The notes beneath the pieces are model-generated. The model was given only the letters and a program-made list of their open reading frames with translations. It ran no database searches and had not been told where the DNA came from. Shown here one piece after another: positions 1-12,464 of a DNA stretch of 64,000 bases. Made by a program: the position numbers and the translations under genes. Source of the stretch: Octopus vulgaris (Eukaryota); NCBI GenBank assembly GCA_951406725.2, contig OX597817.1:88474001-88538000 (forward strand), given 5' to 3'. Within the stretch, counting starts at the first letter, position 1. Each line of letters begins with the position of its first letter.

Positions 1-299
1 TACTTTCTTCTTCTTTGAGAAAAATCAAGAAGCATAAGAAAACAGTCATAGGAGTAACACAATCTCACTACCACTACTTTGACTAACTCTGTTGTAATTA
101 GTAACTGCAACAACTGTAACAAACAAAGTAGAGAACCAAACATTGAGAAAATACCATCATCAATACTAATATCATTAGCACCAGCACCATGACTTGTAAA
201 CTAATTGTTAATGATTTCTTAAACACAGCACCTAATAACTTTATTACCATTATATCTGAATGATGTAAAGAAGTTGCTAAGTAATATTAGATTAAATTC

Positions 300-3200
300 C
301 GGAGGAGACCTGTAAGAGCAGTATTCTACAGTTATGTAGAAACTTGTCTGAAACCAATCTGAGGCATCATAACCTACATTGTTCATGGGAAAGGGTTTGG
401 CATAGTTCAGATGAAATGTTTGACCTTAGTGGTGCCAAGAACCACTTAATAACATTCCTAAAGAGTGATGATCCATTCCTCAAATTGACCTAGCTTGGCC
501 TGAGATTGGTGAAAATAAAGTTGACAGTTGTCTTGCTAGAAACAGAAGAAAAGACACCCAAGTTAGAAATTCATCGGCTGCATGATGAAAACTGGTTGGG
601 TACAGGGATGATCTGAGGATCCAAACAGATGAAGGAAGCATAGAAACTCCTCCTGACCTGATCAACATGCTGAGTGGATGTAACTGTTTTTAGTGGTTGG
701 TAGCAGAAGGCTTAGTTGGCACTTGTGATTAGAAAAGGCATTGCAACTCATGTTCAAATGGTGATAATGGTTTCAATGTGAAACATAAAGTTGCATTTTG
801 AGAATTAATGTTCATGCTTTAGGTCATGAAAGTACAAAAGCCATTTGATGGGCCCAGGTGGTAGAGTTGCAGCATGATAAGAAAGCCATAATTTAGTTTT
901 TGACAGACTAATGTACAGTTTTCTAGTGTCACTTAGCTCAACTGTTTGGGGGTAAGAAATGGAATGTAGACAGATGTGGATTTAGTACCTACCTTGGCAG
1001 CCTGTCATGGTATATGGCAGAAAATACAGAGTGCTGTGAGAAGCTGGGATATGATAAACATCTGCATGAGGTGCAATCACTTGGTTTGGATGGCCTGGCC
1101 TACAAGCTATACACATACATGTCAGAGTTGTTCATTGACATCTTGACACACATCTACTGCAACTGATGGCAGAATGGGAGAATTCTCAGTTTTGTAAGTT
1201 TGAAAGTGGTGGTACTGCTGAAGAAGAATGCATGTAATAGGGGTGTAATTAATAATTTCCAGCCCATAACTCTGGTAAGTGCAGAGTTTAAGGTTTTTGG
1301 CTAAGATGCTAGCAAAGAGGTTGGCATTTGCCATTGAAAGTGTGGATGGGAAGACAGACATGCACATTTGCAACCAGATCTCTCCTCCAAAACTTCCACT
1401 TCAGGATACATTCTAGAGAAAGTAGGTAGTAAACCTGTTTTTGGTGGAACTCTCGTCAACTTAGATCAACTGAAAGGCTAGTAGAGTCAACCATAATTAC
1501 CTAATGGCTATCCGCAAAGTTACCTGTTTTGGTTTTGTCTTTAGAGGCTGGATCACTTCAGTGCACAGTGGAATTTGTACAGTGGTCAGAGCAATAAGCC
1601 ACTTTTTTTAATCATTTCAGATTATGCACTCAATTTGTCAAGGATGTCCTCTCTAATCTCTTCTCTATGTATTGATTCTTGATTCACTACTGCAGAAATT
1701 GGAATTGTTATGGGGATTTCCATTCAAACTGGGATATAAAAAAAGGCTGTATGCCAACAATGTCACAATGTCACCATAATAGTGTCTGCCACCATGAAAA
1801 CTGAGGTAGTTGGCACCATTCTAGAGGAATATGAGACTTGGGTAGGAGCAAAAATAACCCAGACAAGTTAATGGGTTTGTAGCTTGGTACATGCAAAAAC
1901 AAATCTAGGCTATCAGACAGCATCACTGAATTCTAGATAGAGGGTTCTGATAAGTTGCTTGGGGACTGGTTCAGTTCAGACCTTCAGGTAGATAGGAACA
2001 AGGATGGAGTTACAAGCAAGGTGATCCATCTCATTTAAAAATGGGTTGAAAAGAAGCTGTCTTTGAAAAGATGGGTAGACTTGGTGAAAGTTTATGCTGC
2101 TTCCATTATATATTGGTTTCAAATTTTGGTACAAGACCAGCAATTTCAGGGAGGTGCAAGTTAATGTAATTGATCCCAGTACTCTACTGGTACTTATTTT
2201 ATTGATAGGCAAAGTCAACCCTGGCAGCATTTCACCTCAGAATGTAAAGATGGAAAATATGTCACTAAGCATTTTGCCCAGCATGTTAACAATCCTGCCA
2301 GCTTGCTGCCCTTCCTCCATTATATATTATTATCTGCATTTTGTGCCTTAATTTACTTCTTGCCTGACAAGCTTGGAACATCTGCTCTTATGCTTCATGT
2401 TGAAGTGATGTGTTTCACTCATCAGATGATTCATTTGCTCTCAACATCCTCTGTGATGAGATGCCATGGCTGATGCAGACATGCACTGAGACTGTTACAT
2501 TTACAGAGATTACTAGATGGTCCGCAGGCATGGTCATGCTTTGTCAGGCACATCTTTGCACCACCCATCATCTTGACAGAGTTGCAGTCCAAAGTCAAGC
2601 AATGACCAATACCAGGCATCTGGTATCTGGAATGTTCTAGGGCACTCACAGCTCTATACCAATCAGGTAATGCAGTCAGCATTCTATCAAGTATTAGTAT
2701 TGGGGAAAAGCAACAACATTTTCAAGAAAGCTCTAGGTGTTTCTGAGAATCGATGGGCTGGTCTGTTCTGGACAACATCCAGTCTAGGAACTATGGATAA
2801 CTAACAGGAATCTCCGACTTAACTATGTTGCTAGTGGGTGTTGCTGGCTCAAGAAAATTTCTACAAAGCAAGAAATACCTATTTCTTTACTACCCACGAG
2901 GGGCTAAACACAGAGAGGACAAACAAGGACAGACAAATGGATTAAGTCAATTATATTGACCCCAGTGTGTAACTGGTACTTAAATTATCGACCTTGTAAG
3001 GATGAAAGGCAAAGTCAACCTCGGTGGAATTTGAACTCAGAACGTAACGGAAGACGAAATACTGCTAAGCATTTTGTCAGACGTGCTAATGATTCTGCCA
3101 GCTTATACAAAGCAGGAAATACCATCAGCTGGGTTTGTCCATGATGCATATAGAGCAGCAAAATTGTTTTGTAGACACTCATTCTGTGTCAGCATCATTG

Positions 3201-3470
3201 GTTTGTGGAGTTTTGTTCTGCAGCTGTTGTTATGAATAGGACAAATTTGACTATCAAGCGAGTCCCTCATGAAAATCATCCTGTCATTTTCCTTTGTTCC
3301 AGAAGGACAAGTAGTTTTCTTATGGTGAAAAATATTATGAGATGGATGAGGCTGAAAAGACTGTAGACAATCACTTTCATGTCAGAGATTGGGCTTGTGC
3401 AAAGACTGTGTATGATTACAGGAAGACAAAATGTTCGGTAGTATCATAATGAACATTAAAATAGTCAGTG
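300..3470 (+). mobile_element. Highly decayed L1/Tx1-clade LINE remnant (RT region to C-terminus)
   Basis: Decayed RT motifs in order: PITLVSAEF-KxLAKMLAKRL (~1263-1323), LVNLDQ (~1452), QGCPL (~1639), YA(N/D)(N/D)V (~1750), later CPxC (~3136); many stops and indels; ends approximate. Confidence 0.65.
2880..3105 (-). mobile_element. tRNA-derived SINE family A, inserted in the L1/Tx1 remnant
   Basis: Reverse complement of the 25122-25340 copy; 18-bp TSD tacaaagca(a/g)gaaatacc at 2862-2879 and 3106-3123. Confidence 0.85.
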
Positions 3471-3514
3471 TCTGATAGAATTAAGTAACATTATTATCAT
3501 TGTGTATTGTGAGA

Positions 3515-3830
3515 TCACATGGCTTAGTAGTTAAAATGTTGCACTCATGATCGTGAGATTGTAGGTTTGATTCCCAGACTAGGTAGTCCATTTTTTTCTT
3601 GAGCAAAACACTTCATTTCATGTAACTTTGTGATTGCTTTGTCAATTGACATGAGGTACATCATGCACCTGCCCAGGTAATGTTGATTTATTGGAGAGAG
3701 TGAACTAACCATACAGCTCAAACATTTGATCACTATAAACAAATCATCTGTGCAGGCTGGCAGATTGTTTAGCAAGTAATTATACCTCCCTCATCAGTTG
3801 TCTATGAAAGGAGAGTCTATGTATAAACAC
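3515..3830 (+). mobile_element. tRNA-derived SINE family C
   Basis: A-box-like tggcttagtagtta and B-box-like ggtttgattccc; related copies at ~7645-7825 (-) and ~45323-45640 (+). Confidence 0.6.
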
Positions 3831-3974
3831 CATTACTCTTCATTTTTTTTTTTTTTGCTTTTACCACAATATGATGTATTATATTAAAGACAAAAGATTA
3901 TCTGATAATCAATCATTTTAATGTGTTATAAGTTGTTTCTATTTTGAAACTTTTTTTTTTTTCATTTTTATCAG

Positions 3975-4112
3975 CCAGCACAAGTTGACCTCACTGTAGT
4001 TCTTGATGTTGTTTATTATCTGTGGAACCAAACCAAAGTAGTACTACATCGGCACCAAATCGGATTTGAGAATAATTCAAAGTATTTCCAAAAGAGCGAA
4101 AATATAGCAAAG
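3975..4112 (+). CDS. CFAP54: CFAP54-like exon 1 of this window (PAQVDLTVVLDVVYYLWNQTK...ENIAK)
   Basis: tcag| acceptor, |gtttgt donor, 138 nt open, phase 0/0; resembles the CFAP54 'VDTIMFLWQKCK' region. Confidence 0.8.
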
Positions 4113-4439
4113 GTTTGTCTTGTTATAATCTCTTTTAGTTTACATGATTTGTTACTAGTGACTCTATTAGTAATTCTTTATGGCAGGAATCATAGTTTTC
4201 TAAGAATTACTCTACTAAAGAAAAGACTGGATTTTAATGAACATCAGGCATTTTAATAGATATGATTGTGTGGTTAAGAAGTCCACTTCTAAACTATGTG
4301 GTTTTTGGTTCAATACCACTGTACAGCACCTTGGGCAAGTATTTTCTACTATAACCCTGGTGCAACCAAACCCTGCTGAGTGCATTTGATAGGTGGAAAC
4401 TCAAACAAACCCATCATATGTGTGTGATGGTGTGTTAAG

Positions 4440-5200
4440 CAACTGTGTTAGGACCGTGATTGGGTGATGTAGTAAGCACAGAGACAATTTTGGTTTAGTA
4501 GAGGTTAGGTTTTGTGGTAAAGAAGAGAAAGGTGTTTGGGGTGTCTGTGTGTTAGCTTGCAATGAGAGTAGAAGATAAAACAAACTGGAGTAAAATGTTG
4601 GGAGTAGCAAAGGATTTAGCTTCTGTACCTGTAGCATCAGTATGGGATGAATGTGAGAGCCTTGAGGGGTTATGAGCATTGAGGTCACTGAGAATGATGA
4701 CCTTGGAGAAGGGAGAGGTGAGATAGATGTTCTCAATGCAGGAGGAGATTTTGTCAAAGAGATGCTGGTGGTTTGAGGAGTTCAGAGAACAATAAAGGAA
4801 GCAGATGTATTTTGGAGAACAAAGGAGGGAGACATTGCGCCAGAGTAACTGGAAGTTGTTATTGCTGAGATACCAGTAAGAGAGTTGGAAGACAAGGAGA
4901 GTGGAGTCTATATGTGTACAGATACTACCTTTTGGAGAGAAATTTGAATTGCGAGTGTATCCTGGCCAGCAAAGACAGGTTATAGATAAGGGTTGAGAAG
5001 AGGTGATGTGTGGGATCTAAGAAAGAAAACCTTATCCAAGGTATTCTCTCCAACTCAGATATTTGAGAAGAACTGGTTAGGGTGTTTGGGCAACCATAGA
5101 GGATGAGGGTGTAAGTCTTAACTCAAGGGCAAGATGGTGGTGTTAAAATGGGCAGTGTTGTGTGCCTACCACTCCACCTCTTGAAAGAAGTCTTGAAGAT
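4440..5200 (-). mobile_element. Decayed LINE endonuclease (APE) fragment
   Basis: Minus strand reads ILSDLNAHN (GDFNAH motif) around 4667-4698; otherwise fragmented. Confidence 0.5.
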
Positions 5201-5601
5201 GAGAAATAAATTAGGAAGAACAACTGAGATATAGTAGTAATAGTGATGACAACAACAGCAATCATAGTAGTAATAGTAGTGGCAGGGAGAGGTCAGGTCT
5301 GTTGGTGAAAGTAGAGATCATCTTTGGGTAAAGTAAAAAAAAATTCTGCTTGCCATTGTTGCTGTTGTTGTCATTAATAATCTTGATGTTCCTGTGGTAA
5401 ACCTATTAAACCAACTTCATGAGTACCTTTATATTTATGTAATTGGAGATATATTGAAATTTTCCCTAGAACTATGTAAAAGAAAAAACAACAACCAACA
5501 ACCACTAACAATGCTAGGTACAATATAACAACTCTCCAAACATTGTTAATTTTCAATGATTTTATTACCTGTTACTTACACGTTTTTAATATTTTTTTCA
5601 G

Positions 5602-5749
5602 TGGCTGCCTATTCTAGATGTGATTTTCTCAGTGATGTGTTGGTGTGATGTCTCCTCCAATAATTTTACAGTTTTTAGTGAAGTTACACTTCGCCTGGCT
5701 TTACTTTTAGAAGTTTGCGCCAATTTAACACAAGGAAAGAAATCATGGA
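5602..5749 (+). CDS. CFAP54: CFAP54-like exon 2 (WLPILDVIFSVMCW...FSEVTLRLALLLEVCANLTQGKKSW)
   Basis: ttttttcag| acceptor, |gtaatg donor, phase 0/1; EVTLRL motif typical of CFAP54. Confidence 0.85.
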
Positions 5750-6839
5750 GTAATGACTGTCTTCTTTAAATAAATTTAAAATATTATGAAAAGCTTTTCT
5801 TTCTAAATGAGCACATTTATTTAATAGATATTCTGATATAATTTAAGTAGATTTATTTGAGAACATATATAGAATTTAACATTTTGTTCTTTAAAAATAT
5901 ACTTTGTTCTAGTGTAGTATTTTAATAAGTGGTTGGATCTGTAATATCCTTAACTTAGGTTGGTAAAATATATATATCAGCGACAGAGGCAGCATTAAAA
6001 CTGAGAGGTAATATCTATCCCCACTTAAACATGCACGTTATCTCCACTTAAGCATGAGAAACTCTCATGTTGGCTTTTTACACTAAAAGCTAATATGAGA
6101 ATTTCTCTCACTGTATCAACTGCAGTAAAGTTTGTTCTAACAGAACATCCATATTTATGTGGGGATAAATCTTAATTTGGGTGTGAAATCATGGTAACTT
6201 AATAAAATAAAAACATTTCAATAGACATTTAAGTCTATCATTTGAAATGTGGATCTGACAGCAAAATGAACTGTAAATTATTAAGTTACTTTTTAGAAGA
6301 ATAAAAAATTATCTGTCTTCCTATGTTTCTCTATGTGTCTCTCTGTGAGTATCCAATAAGTTCAAACATATTTTCAGGATCTGCATAATCAGTAAAATAA
6401 CTACCAGATTCCTACTGGGACCAATTTAATTTACTTGACTGACTCACTATCAAATTTGTAAATTGTGGTAATGTGAGGAAACTTTAATTTCATTCATCTC
6501 ATCAATTCAGTCTTCAAGTACCATCAGTGTTAACTTTACATTTCCTTCCTCAAATTTCCATAAATCATATTCTATCATATACTGGATAATTCATAAATAT
6601 GATTATTAGTAATGTACTGGTTGATTTATCAGTTATACAAAATCTGGTTTCCAATTTGTCATCAATTATTAAAATGTATTGAACTTAAGTAGCACATGTT
6701 TCAGTTATAATAGTAATGCTGACTGAAAAATGTCTTAACACAATGTTATCTACTGTATATATATATAAAAAAAGGAAAGTACCAGTACACAGTAAAACAT
6801 ATTACAGTTATACATGAGAATATATATTAGGAGTAAATA

Positions 6840-7050
6840 AGGTGATGAGTTGGCAGAATTGTTAGCAAGCTGGGCAGAATGCTTAGTGGCATTTCATCTG
6901 TTGTTGTGTTCTGAGCTCAAATTATGCTAAGGTCGACTTTGCATTTCATCCTTTTGGTGTTGATAAATTAAATATCAGTTGAACACTGGGGTTGATGTAA
7001 TCAATGTATCCCCTCCTTGAAATTGCTGGCCATGTGCCAAAATTTTTGAA
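6840..7050 (+). mobile_element. SINE family A, diverged copy
   Basis: Similar to 25122-25340 (gagttggcagaattgttagc...ttcatccttttggtgttgataaa). Confidence 0.75.
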
Positions 7051-7134
7051 ACTAATATATTTGGAGCAATTAAAAATATAATTTTCTGTTGTCATTGTAG
7101 TTATTATTTTTTTATTGCTATTATTATTTTGCAG

Positions 7135-7394
7135 AAGATATAGAGAAAAAAGAAATGCTTTTGATGTCTTCATCATCACCACCAGAAATGTCAATTAGAA
7201 AAGAAGGAAACTCTGCATATTCAAATTTAGTTGAGGATTCTTTTATACCATCAGATATTCACCTATTGACTAAAGAAGATTTTTTGAGATTAGCAAGAAG
7301 CATTCTAATGAAAGGCCTCAAAGATATTGACCAAGCTCGCAGTTTAACTGCAAAACAGGAGAGTCCAATGTCCCATAGTGCTTTGGCTGTAAAA
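7135..7394 (+). CDS. CFAP54: CFAP54-like exon 3 (DIEKKEMLLMSS...SHSALAVK)
   Basis: tttgcag| acceptor, |gtaaga donor, phase 1/0 fits neighbours; lies in ORF 7155-7439. Confidence 0.75.
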
Positions 7395-8884
7395 GTAAGA
7401 GCACAATATGTATGGTTATTAAACAGCTTCGACTATTAGAAAACATCTTGGTTAAGAAAGAAATTCTTTCAATGTAAATTCATTCATATTTTTCTCTTCT
7501 GGCTGTTTTCTGAAGATAATTAGTAATACATATAACTTTTGAAGCACTCAGAAATTTAGATAAGTATTATGTATTAATAATTTTTTGGTATGGTTTGTTT
7601 TAGGATAAATGATACAGCTCCTTTCTGAGTAATATCGAACCATAAGGCCAGTTTCCCAATTTCCCAGTCCACTCTAGGATTATTCATTTTTGCCTGCAGA
7701 GTGGACTGGAGTTAGGTGAAATGAAGTGTTTTGCTCTAGAACATATTGCATTGCCTGATCCAGGAACTGAAACTATAATCTTACGATCATGAGTCCAACA
7801 TCCTAACCACTTAGCCATGCACCTCAACTAATTGTTTTAGCCTAATGAACATTAAATAATTTTCAGTCATTTTCACACAAAGAATGTAGATATAAAAATG
7901 AAGACACTCTGTACTGTGCAGCAACTTGTGCTGGTGTCTTCTGGCATGGTGTTAGGTTGACCAAAGCCATCTGAGTGAAATTTGGGAAATGGTAAACAGA
8001 AACAGTGTGATAGTCTATTTGAAATATTGTGACTGTTTTAGGCTGGCAGATTTTTTCTTTTACTTAGTTTTAAAACATTTCCCCAACTCTTGCATGCCTT
8101 TAGTAAAGCCTTCTACAAGCTTTTCATCTAGATCTCTACTCTAAGAAGAACTTCCTTTGGTCTCAGGGGTCCTACTATTCTTCTTCCTCTCCCTAACACT
8201 TACTTTCTCCAACTATATCTCCTAGAAGCTTCAGACAAAAAACTTCTACCTAGCATGGATTCTGAGTACCTACAATGTCCAGATGTATGATACTATATAG
8301 AATAGTCCTTTCAGTCAAGATGTATTGATATTTAAGAAAGGTGGCAAGCTGGGTCGATAAATTAAGTATCAGCTGCGTACTGGGATTGATCTAATCAACT
8401 GCCCCCCCTCCTCCAAAATGCCGGGCCTTGTGCCTAGAGTAGAAAAGGATATTTAAGACTCCATCTCTTATTGAGTCACTGTGACATCTTTTTTCTTGAT
8501 TACTGACAAAATGAATTATACCAATGCAATTTGGAAGCCTAAACTATTAGCTTATTTCTGAGACTTACTATTCAGATTTATTTAACTCATAGTTTCAGAA
8601 TATATTGTATAGCTTATTATTGTTTACTCTCTCAAAATACAAATCAAAATACTTAACTGGTTTTTCTGTTTGTCTCCAAACTCTTTTTGTTCACAGCTAA
8701 TTTTCCAGGATTCAAAAATAATAAAAAAATTTTTTCCAATAATTTTCTTTTGAAAATTTCTTGAACTGAGATTTTTTCTTGTAGTTTATTGGAATATCTA
8801 TAGTTCATACATGTGTGTGTTTGATTAATTAATCAATTTTGTGATTGATTACTTATAATGGTTTCTGTATATTTCTCTGTTTAG

Positions 8885-9062
8885 GAAGTGAATAATCAGG
8901 TCCCTGAAACAGGAAACAGTGTTAAGACTGCAGCTGAGAATGTCAACAAATTAATTCCTAAAGATCAACTTCTGAACTTTGAGACTCCCCTTTGTCATTT
9001 TATAAGAGATCAACACACTGAGTTGTTATTTATTTACTATAGAGTATCATGCAATCTGATAA
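8885..9062 (+). CDS. CFAP54: CFAP54-like exon 4 (EVNNQVPETG...QHTELLFIYYRVSCNLI)
   Basis: ctgtttag| acceptor, |gtaaga donor, phase 0/1. Confidence 0.8.
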
Positions 9063-9583
9063 GTAAGACACAAAACCTTGACTTTACTGAGATAAAAATA
9101 TAATGATCAATCATTTGTTAATTTGTTCAGACAATTAATTTCCCACTTCATTAGATCAATGTTATTTTCCAAATATAGTAATGAAATACAACTTCAGAGG
9201 TTTTACATTTTGTGATGATAAATTTGAAATATTATCTTGGATTACATCTCACATGAAGTTGCATATTACTATTCTGTCAGTGATCAAGAACAATTATATT
9301 TTTCAACAGAAATGTTATCATTGTGTGTAAATTATATGTACTTAACATTTAATTTACAACTGTCATTATCACTGTTATTATGCATTATCTTCATTGACAT
9401 CAATACAGCTGCTACTGTTGATGCCTTTATCATAATGATGATGAAAATGATGCAGTTATATAACATAATTAAATATAACTGATATTATCTGCTCTAATAA
9501 CATTACATCTTTTAAGAGAATTCTCTGTGTTTTATGCCTATGTCAGATTCAGTTATTAAATTATGGGACAATTTACTTTTCAG

Positions 9584-9654
9584 GAACAGATATTTGTCCA
9601 GTGAAATCAGATCTTAAAAGAGATTTACAATCATCGAAAAAGAATTCTAAAAAG
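9584..9654 (+). CDS. CFAP54: CFAP54-like exon 5 (TDICPVKSDLKRDLQSSKKNSKK)
   Basis: acttttcag| acceptor, |gtttgt donor; phase 1/0 bridges exon 4 (ends phase 1) and exon 6 (starts phase 0). Confidence 0.7.
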
Positions 9655-10620
9655 GTTTGTAATAAAACTTTTCATGTCTTGTTTATTGTAATATATACTT
9701 CATTGTCAAACATCTCTGTTTTCTCTTTGCCTCTTGTTTCCTTATTATGGAAACTTCTGCTTTTCATAGCTTTCTAATTCAGTCCCTAACAAAAAGTTTT
9801 CCAAATAGAGAAAAGAGAAAATTCTTGATAATAAATGAAGGAAATCTTTGATAATAAATTAAAGAAGTCTAAAACTTACTTGTCAGCAGTCTGACATCCC
9901 ATAAGATCTCAAAAGCCACAGATTGAAAAATATAATTTGCTGGCAGATTACAGTATTTCATTCAGCTAAGGCTGTATTAATCCACATATCTGCTACAACA
10001 TTAAAGACATGTAAGGAGTAGACAAGTCACTAATGATGATATCCCATGTGCCTCTAGCCCAAGGGCTAAGAGTCCATCAGACCTCTTACCAACATCCCTA
10101 GACAATCCCTCAAGCTCTAGGGGCAAAGAAATATTTACCCTAGTATTAGTTCATTGATTAGCTTTATCTCATTTTGGTGACCAAGGTCACCTATAGGACC
10201 ACTAATGAGACCTTGTTCTAGCTCTTCAACCTCACAATTACCTATAGTAATACTGTGAGTAGTTAGGCATGTCCCAAAAATTTCTTGCGAGAAACACAAG
10301 TTTCTTTTGGCATGATATATATTTGAGAACAAGGGAACATTGATTATTTATTCACTGATTTCATTTTTTCTTCTGTATTTCTGGATCATGGCTGATTTAA
10401 AAAATTAAAGCAGAGTTAATGGAAATTACAGAAGGCTTTATACACTACATGATTTTTTTTTTTGTCCCAAATATATTTCTAGTTTAAGATCCAAAGAAAG
10501 AGAAAGATAAGTCAACTGATTAATGTAACCCTGACCCTGATTAAGGAAATGTTAATCAGTCATCAGTTTTGTGCCAATTTTATCTTGGGTATTTAATCGA
10601 GAAATTATTTTATAGGGAAA

Positions 10621-10730
10621 CTAGCAGTATAAAAAAATGGAGAATCGGTTGAAAGCCGTGGTCAGGGTGAGGGTACAAGCAAACAGACACACAGAAACAC
10701 GCACAGACAAACTGCCGTTTATTATAGGGA
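10621..10730 (-). mobile_element. Tiny internally deleted Helitron-like element
   Basis: Minus strand starts TC(cctataataaac) and ends atactgCTAG|t, the same 3' end as the 25728 element. Confidence 0.55.
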
Positions 10731-11222
10731 AATAAAATATGTTTAAATACAACAAATTTAATAAAAGCTTGTTTTCATAATCATTTTTATACGTTTGTTT
10801 CTGATTAACATAGATGTTTAACATTTTCTGTAATAATTAGTTTTAAAAAAGACATCCCTAAGATACACGATGTTCTAAGGTGGAAGGGGAAAATTAATCT
10901 ATTGAAATATATTGGAATAACATATTGGAGCAGTTGGGAAACTAGCTAACATCACAGCTATCAACGTATGTTTTCTTATTTAAATACCTTTCATTATAAG
11001 TATAGATCACATTTGTTTTTCAATTCAGTTTCATAGAATTCCTTCCAACCACTTTCCTGCAGAACACTGGTTTGCCAGGCAGAGTCTGTCTCAGTAGTGG
11101 AATATTGAATTTGCTGGAAATTAATGAGTATGATGATAGTCTGCTGTGTGTCACAACAAAGTCCCATTTGATTAAATATAAAAATGATAACCAATAATTA
11201 ATGAACTTTAAGGATATTTTAA

Positions 11223-11462
11223 CCCTTTTGTGACCTTATTTCTAATGAAATACATTATATTTCAATTAATTAATCAAAATTTTGGTGAAATTTAATAAAT
11301 TTATTTATTATTCTATTATTATTATGGTATTTATAATGTAATTTAATAAATCACCAGATTTAAAATTATGTTGAACAGTTTTAATTTAAATAGGAACACT
11401 TGAAAATGGTTTCTTTAGTTTCATAGAATCAGAAGCAGTTTTGTGTAGGTTGGTATCAAAAT
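11223..11462. mobile_element. piggyBac-like MITE, degenerate copy
   Basis: TTAA|cccttttg left end; interior resembles the reverse complement of 47599-47820. Confidence 0.5.
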
Positions 11463-12464
11463 ACTTCTTTTCAGACCAGATATCAGTGTGCCAGAGGTCA
11501 AATTCTCAGATCTTAGATTAACATTTATATTCCAGCAAAAGTGAGATAGCTTATGTCATATACCAAAGCATCAAATAATGGTTCTTCAATAAAAAGTATG
11601 AAGTCTCTATCCATATGCTAAGTAATCACTTAAATGCATATACTGGCATGCAGTATACTCAAATTTGACTCTTTTCTAAGAATTTAAGAAGCCACCAATG
11701 TAATAGATTTTATCATGACATGGAAATAACATCACTTTTTACTGTGCCGAGTCACTGATTGGAGTAACTTACCAGGTTTTTAAAGATTTCTTTTACTGAC
11801 ATTAAAAATGGGCTAAATCAAAATTCCACAAATCTATAAAATGCTGTTATATTTCTCGTTACATTTACCCTTTACTGTAATCTTAATAAATCAAAGGAGA
11901 TTTTGGTCTTACTGGCTGTATGATGACCTCACTTGTGCTAGTTCCATGAAAAAACACCCAGTACACACTATAAAGTAGTTGGCGTGAGGAAGACCATCCA
12001 GCCGAAGAAACTATACCAAAGCAAATACTGTAACATGATGCAGTTTTTGAACTTGTTGGATCCTATCAAACCATCCAACCCATACCAGCATGGATCATAG
12101 ATATTAAACATCACTGCTACCACTGCCACCACTATCAATTGCGATTGCATTTATTAGTAGTTGTCATTCTATGAACTACAGTAATAAATTGTTCAAATCA
12201 ATTTAGTTGACACTAATAAATCTTTGAGTCAAGTGCTGAATGAATTAGCCTTCAATATAAACATGTAGAAAGTCAATTTTATTGAGTATAAATAAAAGTA
12301 GTTCTATAAACACTAATATATTATTGATATTTATTTAATAACTCTGAAGGATAACAGACAAAGCTGTGATCAGGAAACAATATTTTGAAGTTTCAAATAT
12401 GTATAAAATTTCTAATCTGGCTATATATAGATATAAATAAATAAATAAATAAATGTCAATAAGT

